Under the pieces are notes generated by a model. The model ran no database searches and was not told the DNA's origin. It saw nothing but the letters and a program-made list of their open reading frames with translations. Shown here one piece after another: positions 46,325-55,852 of a stretch of DNA of 64,000 bases; the first letter of the stretch is position 1, and each line of letters starts with the position of its first letter. Where the stretch lies: NCBI GenBank assembly GCA_902497145.1, contig CABVDR010000004.1, forward strand, positions 15,459 through 79,458, in the 5' to 3' direction. This stretch comes from an uncultured Oscillospiraceae bacterium (GTDB taxonomy: Bacteria; Bacillota; Clostridia; Oscillospirales; Oscillospiraceae). The position numbers and the translations under genes were made by a program.

Positions 46325-47614
46325 TCACATCGCCTCGGTGAGCAGCGGCATCAACTGGTTGCGGCAGATCCAGGCCCCGTTGTACTGGGTGCGCACCCGC
46401 GTTTTGGCCCGCAGGCTGCGGTCTTCCCGCATGAGATTGACGATGATCCCGCCGTGCTCCTCGTAGTAGGCTTGTTCAGACGGGACGTACCGCTCATGGG
46501 TGTCATATCCGAAGTTCCGTCCGTCCCAGCGCATGAAGTAGGCGCCGAGACTGTCCCCCAGCTCCTTCAGGGCAGGGACCGCCTCATTGAGCACCAGGAA
46601 ATTCCCCCGGCTGGCCGCCTCCAGTACGGTCAGGCCGAAAGACTCGGAGTACGAGGGGCAGACAAACAGGTTGGACAGGGTAAACAGGTCAAATACGCCT
46701 TGCCGGGGAAATCCCTGCTCATACCCCAGGTCCGAAGTGAAGGCCATATCTTTCTCTCCCAGCCCAAACTTCTGTCCCTCCATACGGATGGTGTGTTTGT
46801 AGACCTGGCTGGGGATGTCCGCGCAGGGAAAGTCGCAGAAGACTACCTTGGTGTGCTGCTCCGTTTTGCGCTGAATGGCCCCCGCCAGAGCGGCCACCTT
46901 GTCAAAGCGCTTTCCGGGAGTAAGACGGCCGGGATAGACGGCCAGAATATCGGTGTCCAGCAGGTCCATATGCTTCGCCACACGTTGGGCGTCCTCACTC
47001 AGTGCCTCCAGCAGGGGCAGGCTGTTGTATACCACTGCGCAGCGCCCCTGAGGAACGTCGTACTGCTTGGCCAGAGCGGCGATGCCGGAGTAGCTGGGGT
47101 AGACAAACCGGGTATTGGGCATGGGGGTAAAACGGGCGGAGAAGGGCTCCTCCAAGGTCTGGGGCCGGTTTACCGGCAGAGAGTGGGTGAAGGCCAGAAA
47201 CTTTACCCCAGGCAGAGATTTCTGTGCCTGGCGAATGGCCACGTTGTGGATCAGATGCCAGCCCTGATAGAGAATGTCGTGCAGGATGCACACGTCAACA
47301 TCCTGGAGATGCCGGACGTAGTCCTGAGCGATCTGCTCCGCTTCTTCGTAGAAGCTGGCATGCACCGTGCCGGTGGGGGCGGAGTAATCGTGCCATATGA
47401 TGGGGGCGCCGTGGCAAGTGTTGGTGATTTTTACCCATTCCAGCCGTGGATCCCGGAAGATACCCCAGCGTTCCTCATCTGGGCAGGTTTCACACACCAG
47501 GACCTTGAGCTCCACCTGGGCATCCAGCAGCATCTTGATCTGGTCGGCTACCACATTGACCAGAGAGTAGGTGGTAGACAGACCGGAAAACATGGTTAAA
47601 ATCGCAACCTTCAT
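46325..47614 (-). CDS. Glycosyltransferase family 4
   Basis: GRL..GK, CPSYSESFGLTVLEAA (EX7E). Confidence 0.9.
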   Translation of the reverse strand: MKVAILTMFSGLSTTYSLVNVVADQIKMLLDAQVELKVLVCETCPDEERWGIFRDPRLEWVKITNTCHGAPIIWHDYSAPTGTVHASFYEEAEQIAQDYVRHLQDVDVCILHDILYQGWHLIHNVAIRQAQKSLPGVKFLAFTHSLPVNRPQTLEEPFSARFTPMPNTRFVYPSYSGIAALAKQYDVPQGRCAVVYNSLPLLEALSEDAQRVAKHMDLLDTDILAVYPGRLTPGKRFDKVAALAGAIQRKTEQHTKVVFCDFPCADIPSQVYKHTIRMEGQKFGLGEKDMAFTSDLGYEQGFPRQGVFDLFTLSNLFVCPSYSESFGLTVLEAASRGNFLVLNEAVPALKELGDSLGAYFMRWDGRNFGYDTHERYVPSEQAYYEEHGGIIVNLMREDRSLRAKTRVRTQYNGAWICRNQLMPLLTEAM

Positions 47615-47678
47615 ATCCAATTCGTTCCCTTTCCTAATGACGTGGATGGCGCAGCGGAGTGCTGCGCCATCCATTTGT

Positions 47679-49019
47679 TTACTGCTTGGTTTCGTCGCAG
47701 ATACAATCCTGGAACAAAGCGATTTTATCAGCGAGAACCAGCTCCAGATTGGAGATACTGTTGACCATGGACTCCACAGAACGGTTGGTCTGCAGAACGG
47801 TCTCCGTAGAGATCTGCTCGAAGGAGAGGATTTTCTGGATCTTTTCTCCCTCCGCGTTGAGAATGTGGGACAGGGCGGCCTGCTGCAGAGCAATGGAAGT
47901 GAACAGGTCAGTAATCGCCTGACTGCGGGGTACCGGGGCCTGGGTGGTCGTGGTGGAAGTGGTCGTGGTGGAAGTGGTTGTAGTGGATGTGGTCGTGGTG
48001 GAAGTGGTAGTAGTAGAAGTTGTTGTGGTGCTGGAGGTTGTGGTGCTGGAGGTTGTGGTGCTGGAGGTTGTGGTGCTGGAGGTTGTGCTGCTGGTGGTTG
48101 TGGTGGTGCTGGTTGTCGTAGTTGTGCTGGTGGTCGTGGTCGTAGTCGTGCTTGAGGTGGTTGTGCTGGACGTACTGGATGTGCTGGACGTAGTCACCAG
48201 ACAGGCAGTGGCCTCCGGCAGTTCGCCAAGGAACAGTTCGTTGTGGCTCTCGGCATTTCCTGAATAGCTGTCAAAGATAATATTGCCGTTGATCTGGCTG
48301 AATGTGGTGGTGGCCGCAGCAAAGGGAGCCAGTACGGAGCCATAAATGGCGGTGGTGCTGTTGGACCAAGTGAGGGCCTGGGAGAAGTTCCACAAAATGC
48401 GGCGCGCGTTTTCTCTGGTGGCCGTAATGCCGTTGCGGAATATCTGATAGCTGCCGAACTGGATCACCGAACCATTTACGTTGATCAGGATCGTGGACTC
48501 CAGAGGGGCGATGATGTTGATGCCGTTGAGCTGCGACAGAGACAGTCCGGTGCCGTAGAGGTTGCTGCTGTCCATAGAAAAGACATTCAGAACGTTGTCC
48601 GTACCGGTCAGATTTAACTGTCCATAGACCACCTCGCCAGTGCCGTTAGGCGTCAAGGTGCTCCAAAATGCCGAGGCACACTTCAAATACTGTGCCGCGG
48701 CTGCAAAGTCAATGGGTGTTCCTGTGATCAGCTGACCGTTTGGGTTGCCCATAGAGTAGTTGATTACATTGCTGCTGGGATTGATAACCGTGTTGCCGCT
48801 GGCGTTGGAACCTCCCGTGACATTGACGGCTCCGTTGATGACAAAGGACGGATCCGTGTTTGCAGGGGGCAGCGGGGTAATGCCGGCGCCAACGCCGTAG
48901 TTGCTTAGGGTGGCATTGCCGCCAACAGCGACTCGGCCCTCTGCATCGGTATTGCTCATGGTTAAGTCACCGAATACAAAGACGTTATAATCGTTGGCAA
49001 GGCCGAAATTGATTGCCAT
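47679..49019 (-). CDS. Choice-of-anchor-A-like surface protein with Thr/Ser-rich stalk and spore-type C-terminal domain
   Basis: YNVFV.GD, DAEGRVAVGG, ILWNF, GSVLAP.A; about 85-aa T/S tract; C-terminal AITDL..SIAL..AALSHILNAEGEKIQK. Confidence 0.85.
   Translation of the reverse strand: MAINFGLANDYNVFVFGDLTMSNTDAEGRVAVGGNATLSNYGVGAGITPLPPANTDPSFVINGAVNVTGGSNASGNTVINPSSNVINYSMGNPNGQLITGTPIDFAAAAQYLKCASAFWSTLTPNGTGEVVYGQLNLTGTDNVLNVFSMDSSNLYGTGLSLSQLNGINIIAPLESTILINVNGSVIQFGSYQIFRNGITATRENARRILWNFSQALTWSNSTTAIYGSVLAPFAAATTTFSQINGNIIFDSYSGNAESHNELFLGELPEATACLVTTSSTSSTSSTTTSSTTTTTTTSTTTTTSTTTTTSSTTSSTTTSSTTTSSTTTSSTTTTSTTTTSTTTTSTTTTSTTTTSTTTTQAPVPRSQAITDLFTSIALQQAALSHILNAEGEKIQKILSFEQISTETVLQTNRSVESMVNSISNLELVLADKIALFQDCICDETKQ
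47944..48195 (-). repeat. Thr/Ser coding tandem repeat
   Basis: Four perfect copies of GTTGTGGTGCTGGAG at 48022-48081 flanked by degenerate 15-mers. Confidence 0.9.
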
Positions 49020-49096
49020 AATTCATCCTCCTATAGGAATTGCGCCAGCCTGGAGCAGATGCTTCCAGGGGGGAGTCAGCCGGGCTGCTCCATGTT

Positions 49097-49125
49097 CATA
49101 CTATGCGGTGAGAGAGAAAATGGTG
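49097..49125 (-). promoter_or_regulatory. Sigma-K-type promoter
   Basis: Minus strand ACC, 16 nt, CATAGTATG. Confidence 0.65.
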
Positions 49126-49168
49126 AAAAAAGGGCGGGGCTCCCGCAGGAGTCCCGCCCAGCTGATTA

Positions 49169-49459
49169 TTAACCCTGAGGGGAGGTGGGCTGGCACAGGC
49201 AGCCGTCAAAGTTGGACAGTTTGGACTGAAGGATCATTTCCAGCCGGGACACTGCATTGACCATGGATTCCACCGACTTATTGGTGGCCAGCAGAGCTTC
49301 CGGCGTCACGTCGGGAAGAGCCACCATTTTCTGAATCTTCTCACCCTCCGCGTTGAGGATGTGAGACAGGGCGGTCTCTTCCAGGGCCACCGACTGAATA
49401 AGATCCGTGATAGCTTGGTCTCTGGTGGTGGTGCTGGCGGTAATTACAGGCATACCCAT
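49169..49459 (-). CDS. Small spore-associated protein (stand-alone ALSHILNAEGEKIQK domain)
   Basis: RBS AGGAG; near-identical to the C-terminal domain of 47679-49019. Confidence 0.85.
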   Translation of the reverse strand: MGMPVITASTTTRDQAITDLIQSVALEETALSHILNAEGEKIQKMVALPDVTPEALLATNKSVESMVNAVSRLEMILQSKLSNFDGCLCQPTSPQG

Positions 49460-49510
49460 AGTAGGTTCTTCTCCTTTTCCGGTATTGAGGTATTGAGCCA
49501 AAGCTCCCCA

Positions 49511-49538
49511 TATCCTATGCAGGCCGAAGGGAGATGGT
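49511..49538 (-). promoter_or_regulatory. Sigma-K-type promoter
   Basis: Minus strand ACC, 16 nt, CATAGGATA. Confidence 0.7.
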
Positions 49539-49712
49539 ACACCGACAGTTTTGCGCAGTGACCGTGCCATCCTTGTTTGTGGGGATGGAAGGAGCCTCTG
49601 ATTGAAATTTAAGAGAGAATTAAGACAAAATTTTGGGAGAATGTGTGTTGAATCTGATATACTCCGGGTCATCCGTTCCTATACGGAAATAGAGTATCGG
49701 AGGATCACGGCA

Positions 49713-50054
49713 ATGAACAAATGGACCAAAGCGGCCGCATTGGCCTTTCTGGTGGCTGGTGCGGGAGGAACAGCTTATTTGAAATGGAATTTCCGTATGC
49801 CCCTGAAGGAGTATACCCAGCATGCCCTGTATATGGCCATGCTGGACGACAAAATCTGCCGCAATGAGTTGGAGGGCACTCAAGTGGACGGGAAAATCAT
49901 TCATTTCCCGCCCCAGGCAGAGACCTTGCAGGATCGGTACCACCTGTTTCTCCAGAGAAACCGAAGGAAGAGCAGGCGCACGATTCAAGGGGAGATCGCA
50001 GGGATGGAGCGGAGGCTCCAAACCTCCAGGCAGTATCGCAGCAAAACAAAATAA
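49713..50054 (+). CDS. Hypothetical membrane-anchored protein
   Basis: RBS GGAGG, N-terminal hydrophobic helix. Confidence 0.65.
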   Translation: MNKWTKAAALAFLVAGAGGTAYLKWNFRMPLKEYTQHALYMAMLDDKICRNELEGTQVDGKIIHFPPQAETLQDRYHLFLQRNRRKSRRTIQGEIAGMERRLQTSRQYRSKTK

Positions 50055-50137
50055 ATTGCCTTTATGGTTGGCATACCGTATAATGGGAACAGGATAACCA
50101 TACAAGTTCAGTGTTCTGATAAGAGAGGGAGAAAACC

Positions 50138-50656
50138 ATGGCCAGAGTATCCACTAAGGAGAATAAGACGATTTATCAGCTCACACGGGAGAGTTTGAAG
50201 CTGACCCGGGAAGATGCCAGCCAACTGCTGGAAACCATGTCTCCGGAGCGGATTGAAAAGATTGAGAATGAACGCTCTATGCCTCATCCTGATGAGGTGC
50301 TTTTGATGTCTGATAAGTACAAACAGCCCGGTCTTTGCAACCATTACTGTGCCAATCAGTGCCCCATTGGACGGCAGTATGTTCCGGAAGTCAAGATCAA
50401 GGAGCTGTCCCAAATTGTTTTGGAGATGCTGGCTTCGCTCAACTCCATGAATAAGCAGAAGGAGCGGCTGATCGAGATCACCGCCGACGGGAAAATCACC
50501 GAGGATGAGCTGGAAGACTTTATTCACATCCAGGAGGAGTTGGAGCGAATTTCTATTACTGTGGAAACCCTTCAGCTGTGGTGTGAGAAAATGTTGGATA
50601 ACGGTATCATTGATCTTGAGCAGTACAACGCACACCGAAAAGGGGTTAGGGCCTGA
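50138..50656 (+). CDS. XRE family regulator with C-terminal helical domain
   Basis: LTREDAS......RIEKIENERSMPHPDEV; C..YC...CPIG; ADGKITEDE. Confidence 0.85.
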   Translation: MARVSTKENKTIYQLTRESLKLTREDASQLLETMSPERIEKIENERSMPHPDEVLLMSDKYKQPGLCNHYCANQCPIGRQYVPEVKIKELSQIVLEMLASLNSMNKQKERLIEITADGKITEDELEDFIHIQEELERISITVETLQLWCEKMLDNGIIDLEQYNAHRKGVRA

Positions 50657-50787
50657 ATGCTCTCTTTTCGCAGAATTAGACCTTCGTAATTTGCGGATGC
50701 AGTCCTTTATTCCTATGGCGGGGTACAGTAGAATAGGATCAGGTAAAAAACCTATGCAGTTCAAATTTTATTTATGGAGGGAACTAT

Positions 50788-51465
50788 ATGCGTTATGAAA
50801 TGAAGGGCGGTTCATTCCCTGTTGTGGTCTGCAGCCTGGATAGCGGAGAGCAGATGATCACGGAAAAGGGTTCCATGGTCTGGATGAGCCCAAATATGAA
50901 AATGGAGACACGGGGCGGCGGCTTTGGCAAAATGTTTTCTAAAATGTTTGCCGGAGAGAGCATGTTCCAAAACATCTACACCGCACAGGGCGATGGTATG
51001 ATCGCCTTTGGCTCCAGTTTTCCGGGCCAGATCAAGGCCATCTCCATTGCCCCGGGCCAGGAGATGGTGTTCCAAAAGAGCGCGTTTTTGGCGGCGGAAG
51101 CTGGTGTGGAGCTCTCCATCCACTTCAGTGAAAAATTAGGCAGCGGCTTTTTTGGGGGAGAGGGCTTCATTATGCAGAGACTCTCTGGTCGTGGGACAGC
51201 CTTTGTGGAGATCGACGGCGAACTGGTGGAATATGAGTTAGGGGCCGGGCAGCAGATCGTGGTAGACACCGGAAATGTGGCTGGCTTCGAACTGGGTGTG
51301 CAGATGGATATCCAGCAGGTGCCTGGCATAAAAAACAAGCTGCTGGGTGGGGAGGGCCTGTTCAATACGATCTTGACCGGCCCGGGTCGTGTGTGGCTTC
51401 AGACCATGCCTGTCTGTAATGTGGCAGCGGCCATCCGACCCTTTATTCCCACGGGAAATGGTTAA
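50788..51465 (+). CDS. AIM24/TIGR00266 family protein
   Basis: AGESMFQN, FFGGEGFIMQ, GGEGLF...LTGPGRVWLQT. Confidence 0.9.
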   Translation: MRYEMKGGSFPVVVCSLDSGEQMITEKGSMVWMSPNMKMETRGGGFGKMFSKMFAGESMFQNIYTAQGDGMIAFGSSFPGQIKAISIAPGQEMVFQKSAFLAAEAGVELSIHFSEKLGSGFFGGEGFIMQRLSGRGTAFVEIDGELVEYELGAGQQIVVDTGNVAGFELGVQMDIQQVPGIKNKLLGGEGLFNTILTGPGRVWLQTMPVCNVAAAIRPFIPTGNG

Positions 51466-51520
51466 TTCAGTTGGATAATGCTATGCAGTAGACGGTATCC
51501 TGCTTGAAAGGAGGATCCTT

Positions 51521-52270
51521 ATGAAATACGCAGCGGATTTTCGAAGTATTGCCCGGGATTCTCTGCGCGGCAAGTGGCTTTTTGCCGTTGCAGCCGGCTT
51601 AGTTGCCATGCTTTTGGGCGGTACAGGGTCCGATGGGCCGGAGATTAAATTTCATATTAACACCACCGGCGCAAATATAGATTTGGAGATTGCGGGGCAG
51701 ACGATCTATTCCACCAACAGCGGCCTGGGCTCCAAATTAAGTGCCTTCCTGATCGGCAGTGCTGTCTATATTGTGATTGCTGCTATTGCGTTTGCCGTGG
51801 TCTATTTTATCCTTGGCAGTATTATCCGGGTGGGATATGCCCGCTTCAGCCTGCGTATGGTTGATGGGGAACATCCATCCTTTGATGCCCTATTTGCCTA
51901 TTTCCCATACTGGAAAACAACGGCGGCGGCCAGCTTCCTCCAGGGCCTCTACATCCTGCTGTGGTCTCTGCTGCTGATCATTCCCGGCATTATCGCGTCG
52001 TTCAGCTATGCGATGACTGAGTTTATTTTGGCAGAGCACCCGGAACTTACAGCCAGCGAAGCCATTGCCCGGTCCAAGGAGATGATGGAAGGAAATCGTT
52101 GGCGCCTGTTCTGCCTGCAGTTCAGCTTTATCGGCTGGCAAATTCTTTGCATCTTTACCTTAGGGATCGGTAACCTGTGGCTGAATCCGTATATGCAGAC
52201 GGCGACGGCAGCATTCTATCGGGAGATCTCCAGTCCTGCGCTGGAGTTTGCCCCTTATAATGAATACTGA
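51521..52270 (+). CDS. DUF975 family membrane protein
   Basis: LWSLLLIIPGII...SYAM, S..MM.G..WRLF.L..SFIGW. Confidence 0.88.
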   Translation: MKYAADFRSIARDSLRGKWLFAVAAGLVAMLLGGTGSDGPEIKFHINTTGANIDLEIAGQTIYSTNSGLGSKLSAFLIGSAVYIVIAAIAFAVVYFILGSIIRVGYARFSLRMVDGEHPSFDALFAYFPYWKTTAAASFLQGLYILLWSLLLIIPGIIASFSYAMTEFILAEHPELTASEAIARSKEMMEGNRWRLFCLQFSFIGWQILCIFTLGIGNLWLNPYMQTATAAFYREISSPALEFAPYNEY

Positions 52271-52308
52271 TTACTTAGGTTCAGCGAATTGAAGCGGCCC
52301 AAAGTAAG

Positions 52309-52342
52309 AGAAAAAGGGTATCTCTGGAGATACCCTTTTTCT
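52309..52342 (+). terminator. Intrinsic terminator
   Basis: AGAAAAAGGGTATCTC-tg-GAGATACCCTTTTTCT. Confidence 0.85.
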
Positions 52343-52540
52343 AAATCCTGGTTTTGTGCCCCGGCTTATTATCGGCAGCGGCATTGACAGGATGAAGTTC
52401 ATCTGCCGCGGGATCTTATGTTGAGTGCCAGCAGCACCGCCGTTCAACCCGATTTTCCCACCTCCCGGAATGTGGATGCTGCAATATTGACGCTGCGGGG
52501 CCCAGGGTATAAAATGAAGAAAAATAAGGAGGGATATCTC

Positions 52541-52933
52541 ATGGAAGAAGTATACAAATTCCTGAAAACCTGTGGTACTTATTACCTGGCTACCATGGAC
52601 GGAGATCAGCCTCGAGTGCGCCCCTTCGGGACCATCGACATATATGATGGCAAGCTCACGATCCAGACCGGCCGGAAGAAAGATGTGGCTAAGCAGATGC
52701 TGGCCAATCCCAAGGTGGAGGTCTGCGCCTTTGACGGCAGCCACTGGCTGCGAGTGACGGCCAAGGCGGTGGAGGTGCCTGAGGTGGCCGCACAGGAGCA
52801 CATGCTTCATGAGTATCCCCATCTTCGCAACGCCTACACTCCTGGTGATGGCAACACCATGATTTTTGCCCTGACGCAGGCCACAGCAACCTTCTCCTCT
52901 TTTACCGAGCCCAGCCGTACGGTGTCCTTCTGA
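52541..52933 (+). CDS. Pyridoxamine 5'-phosphate oxidase / Nim-like protein
   Basis: YYLATMDGDQPRVRPF, K.V.KQM.ANPKVEVC. Confidence 0.85.
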   Translation: MEEVYKFLKTCGTYYLATMDGDQPRVRPFGTIDIYDGKLTIQTGRKKDVAKQMLANPKVEVCAFDGSHWLRVTAKAVEVPEVAAQEHMLHEYPHLRNAYTPGDGNTMIFALTQATATFSSFTEPSRTVSF

Positions 52934-53066
52934 GTTGCCCATCTTATAAAAACGGCACTGCAATATGCAGCGCCGTTTTTTATAGCATTTTAGGAGAAAT
53001 ATCTGCGGTTGTCAGCCAAACAGAGGTATGGTATTATGAAACCAATTACTTGTGGGAGGTGTCTTA

Positions 53067-53417
53067 ATGCCCCGTACCGATGTGACACAGATGCCCTTTG
53101 CCAAACTCTATCCGCTTCTGGTAAACAAGGCGGAGAAGAAGGGACGTACCCGGCAGGAGGTGGACCAAATTACTGCCTGGCTCACGGGATACAGTGCAGA
53201 GGAAATTGCCAGGCTGGAGCAGTCCGACACCAGCTATGGGGATTTTTTTCGGAATGCCCCGGCTATGAATCCAAACCGCGCTCTCATTACCGGAAGGATC
53301 TGCGGCGTTCGAATAGAGGAGATTGAGGACCCGCTGATGCGGGAAATTCGATACTTGGACAAGTTGGTAGACGAGCTGGCCAAGGGAAAAGCCATGGAGC
53401 AGATTTTGAGAAAATGA
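53067..53417 (+). CDS. DUF2200 family protein
   Basis: FAKLYP....KAEKKGRT, ITG.ICGVR.EEI, IRYLDKLVDELAKGK. Confidence 0.88.
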   Translation: MPRTDVTQMPFAKLYPLLVNKAEKKGRTRQEVDQITAWLTGYSAEEIARLEQSDTSYGDFFRNAPAMNPNRALITGRICGVRIEEIEDPLMREIRYLDKLVDELAKGKAMEQILRK

Positions 53418-53483
53418 TGGATGGTTGTTAAGCAATCAAAAAAATAGCGCAAAGGCCGCCTGGAGCTCCAAGCGGCCTTTGTG

Positions 53484-54587
53484 CTATGAGGACAGATGGT
53501 TCATCTGGATGCGCTCCTTCAGATCCAGCACCTTTTGCTCAATTTGTGCCATAGTGGCAAGAAAGACACGGTCCTCCTTGCCGCTGGGGTCGTCCAGCCC
53601 CCAGTCTTCCCGGTGGGAGCAGGGGAGCATCGGGCATTGGACGTTGCAGCCCATAGTGACCACAATATCTACGGCCGGGAGATCTGAGAGAGGTTTATTA
53701 TGCTGGGTCTGCTCCATATCAATGCCGTAGACTTGTTTCATCAGACGAACGGCATCGGGGTTGATTCGGGTGCCGGGTTCCGTACCGGCGGAAAAGCTCT
53801 CAAATACATCACTGGCCAGCTGTTTTCCCAGAGCCTCCGCCATCTGGCTGCGGCAGGAATTGTGGACACAGAGAAAGGCCACCTTGGGCTTTTTGTGATG
53901 GAGCGCTGAGAAGGGACAGCGCTTGCCGATGCACTGGTTGTTCCTGGGACTGTAAGAGCAGACGGGGACAGTACGCGTTATCTCCACGCCCAGGTGTTCC
54001 CGGACAAAGTCCACAGCGGCAAGGATGGACAGGAAGGAGTCCCGCTTACAGCACCGGGGACCGCCTGCCTTGCCGATGCGGTCCAGTGCCAGGGCGGTCA
54101 TCTGATTACTCAGACTCCAGGGCTCCACGGACAGGGGGGTGGACTGCGTAACAATAGACAGGAATTGCCCTGCGCTGATCCCCGCCCCGCAGGCGCCCCA
54201 GAAACCGCAGGCTCCGCCGGGAACCTCCTTGCCCCGGTGGTACATTTCATGGAGTGCTTTCTCCAGATCCAACTGCCCTCCGGCATTCTTGTAGGCGGTG
54301 AGCAAAGCCGCGCCCACCATCACATGGTGCTCCGGGCCGTGCATGTGGCAGAAGGGCAGGTCCATCATCCGGCCAACAATAGCCACAGGATCGGCAGAGG
54401 TCTCGGTAAGGCACAACCCAAAGATGCTGTCCATGCCCTGGGTATGGCAGTCGCTGCAAACGTAGTGCCCATTGACACAGCGGGTCTTGCTGGGCTCCTT
54501 CTTATGGCAGATGGCGCACTCCATGACCTCGTCCTGAGTCAGGTACTCCAGAGGAGCCTGACAAATCAAACATTCTTCCTTATTCAA
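53484..54587 (-). CDS. Cys-rich DUF5714-like domain fused to ArsC/LMW-PTP domain
   Basis: MHGPEHH, CGFWGACG, PRCCKR; then FLCVHNSCRSQMAE, TMGC, DWGLDDP. TTG start after AGGAG. Confidence 0.85.
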   Translation of the reverse strand: MNKEECLICQAPLEYLTQDEVMECAICHKKEPSKTRCVNGHYVCSDCHTQGMDSIFGLCLTETSADPVAIVGRMMDLPFCHMHGPEHHVMVGAALLTAYKNAGGQLDLEKALHEMYHRGKEVPGGACGFWGACGAGISAGQFLSIVTQSTPLSVEPWSLSNQMTALALDRIGKAGGPRCCKRDSFLSILAAVDFVREHLGVEITRTVPVCSYSPRNNQCIGKRCPFSALHHKKPKVAFLCVHNSCRSQMAEALGKQLASDVFESFSAGTEPGTRINPDAVRLMKQVYGIDMEQTQHNKPLSDLPAVDIVVTMGCNVQCPMLPCSHREDWGLDDPSGKEDRVFLATMAQIEQKVLDLKERIQMNHLSS

Positions 54588-55273
54588 GTTTCTGTCTCCT
54601 CCCATATTCGCAGTACAGCTAATTGCTCAGGCGTGTGAAACCAGTGTTCTCCGCCCTCCATCACCGTGAGTTTGGCATTGTGCTTCTGAGTATATGCCTC
54701 CACAGTCTGGCGGGGGGTCATATTGTCTTGACTGCCGTAAAGAATGCAGGTGGGGCAGGCCCAGGTGTGGACCGGATGCTCCCGCACCCAGCACAGGTAC
54801 TGCCAGGACAGAGTCTGACCAAACGAGGTGGCGATCTCCTCCTGCTCTCGTAATTGGAGTTCTGTTACTCCGGCCCACTTCATCATAGTCAGAATGAGGC
54901 CTTCCATGTCCAGAATGGGGGAGACCAGCAGAGCGCGGTTGGGCATATCAGCGGCCAGCATAGCAAAATAAGCCCCAATGCTGTTGGCCCGGAGGGAGGT
55001 TGTTTTCCAGCGGCGCTCTGCCCAATCCAGCGCAGCCTGGATGTCTGCCACCGCTGTCCAGGGAAGTAGTTCCTCGCCCCGGTCCCGGCGCTCCCCGTGG
55101 CCTGGCAGGTCGATGGAAAGCACTTCAATCCCCTTGGGACAGACTACCTGGGCGAAGGCTTCTGCCTCCTCCTTATGTCCCGTTTGCCCATGGAGAAAGA
55201 GATATCCTTGATTGGCAGGTTCCCCATATAATACGGCAGGGATTGTGCCAATTTGAATTGGCTTAATTTTCAT
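54584..55273 (-). CDS. Alpha/beta hydrolase
   Basis: LHG, DLPGHG, ANSIGA, YGSQD, GEHWFH. Confidence 0.85.
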   Translation of the reverse strand: MKIKPIQIGTIPAVLYGEPANQGYLFLHGQTGHKEEAEAFAQVVCPKGIEVLSIDLPGHGERRDRGEELLPWTAVADIQAALDWAERRWKTTSLRANSIGAYFAMLAADMPNRALLVSPILDMEGLILTMMKWAGVTELQLREQEEIATSFGQTLSWQYLCWVREHPVHTWACPTCILYGSQDNMTPRQTVEAYTQKHNAKLTVMEGGEHWFHTPEQLAVLRIWEETET

Positions 55274-55459
55274 ATGGATTCCTTTCCTTTGCTGAATTGC
55301 AATCGTCGGTTTCAAAAGTGTTTTCTGTGTTCCTTGGCTGCTTGAGAATGAGCTTGCTGCGGAACAAAAAATTTCTCCGCTTTGCAATAAATAGACTTGA
55401 TGGCGCATTATGAAAGCAGAAGGGATAAAACCCCCAATGTGAAACGGAGGAATTTAGTC

Positions 55460-55777
55460 ATGTGGAAAAAGCTAAGCAAGAAAATTCGTGTTCTGATCCT
55501 TGTCGGGATTGCTGTCGTGGTTGTGCTGACAACTGTGCTGATTGGTTCGTTGGTTCTGCGTGTTGATACAGCGCAGGCACGAGAAAATGCCCTGTCCGCT
55601 GCAGGCGGTGGAGAGATCATGGGCCAGGAGATCGACCAGGAGGGGCTTTGGAACGAATACAGCTTTGATATTTTAAATGGTGATACCTGGTATGAGGTGG
55701 AAGTCAATGCCTTTGGCAGAGTGACCAGCCTGGAGAGCAGCCGGGGCGGATATGACAAGGACGGATACTGGGACTGA
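55460..55777 (+). CDS. PepSY-domain membrane-anchored protein
   Basis: One TM, A...AL...GG, YEVEVNA.G. Confidence 0.75.
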   Translation: MWKKLSKKIRVLILVGIAVVVVLTTVLIGSLVLRVDTAQARENALSAAGGGEIMGQEIDQEGLWNEYSFDILNGDTWYEVEVNAFGRVTSLESSRGGYDKDGYWD

Positions 55778-55852
55778 TGCTTAGAAAACGCCGGCGCCAT
55801 AGGCCGGCGTTTTCCTGTTAAAAGCGGTGGAGCGGAAAAATAAGGCCCAATT

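Noticed and set aside
47571..48267. Gly/Cys-rich and Val-rich + strand ORFs, or a CRISPR-like repeat
   Set aside because: Alternative frames of the Thr/Ser coding repeat; the 15-nt units are contiguous with no spacers.
50138..50656. XRE gene as a prophage marker
   Set aside because: No integrase, replication or structural phage genes adjacent; the neighbours are ordinary host genes.
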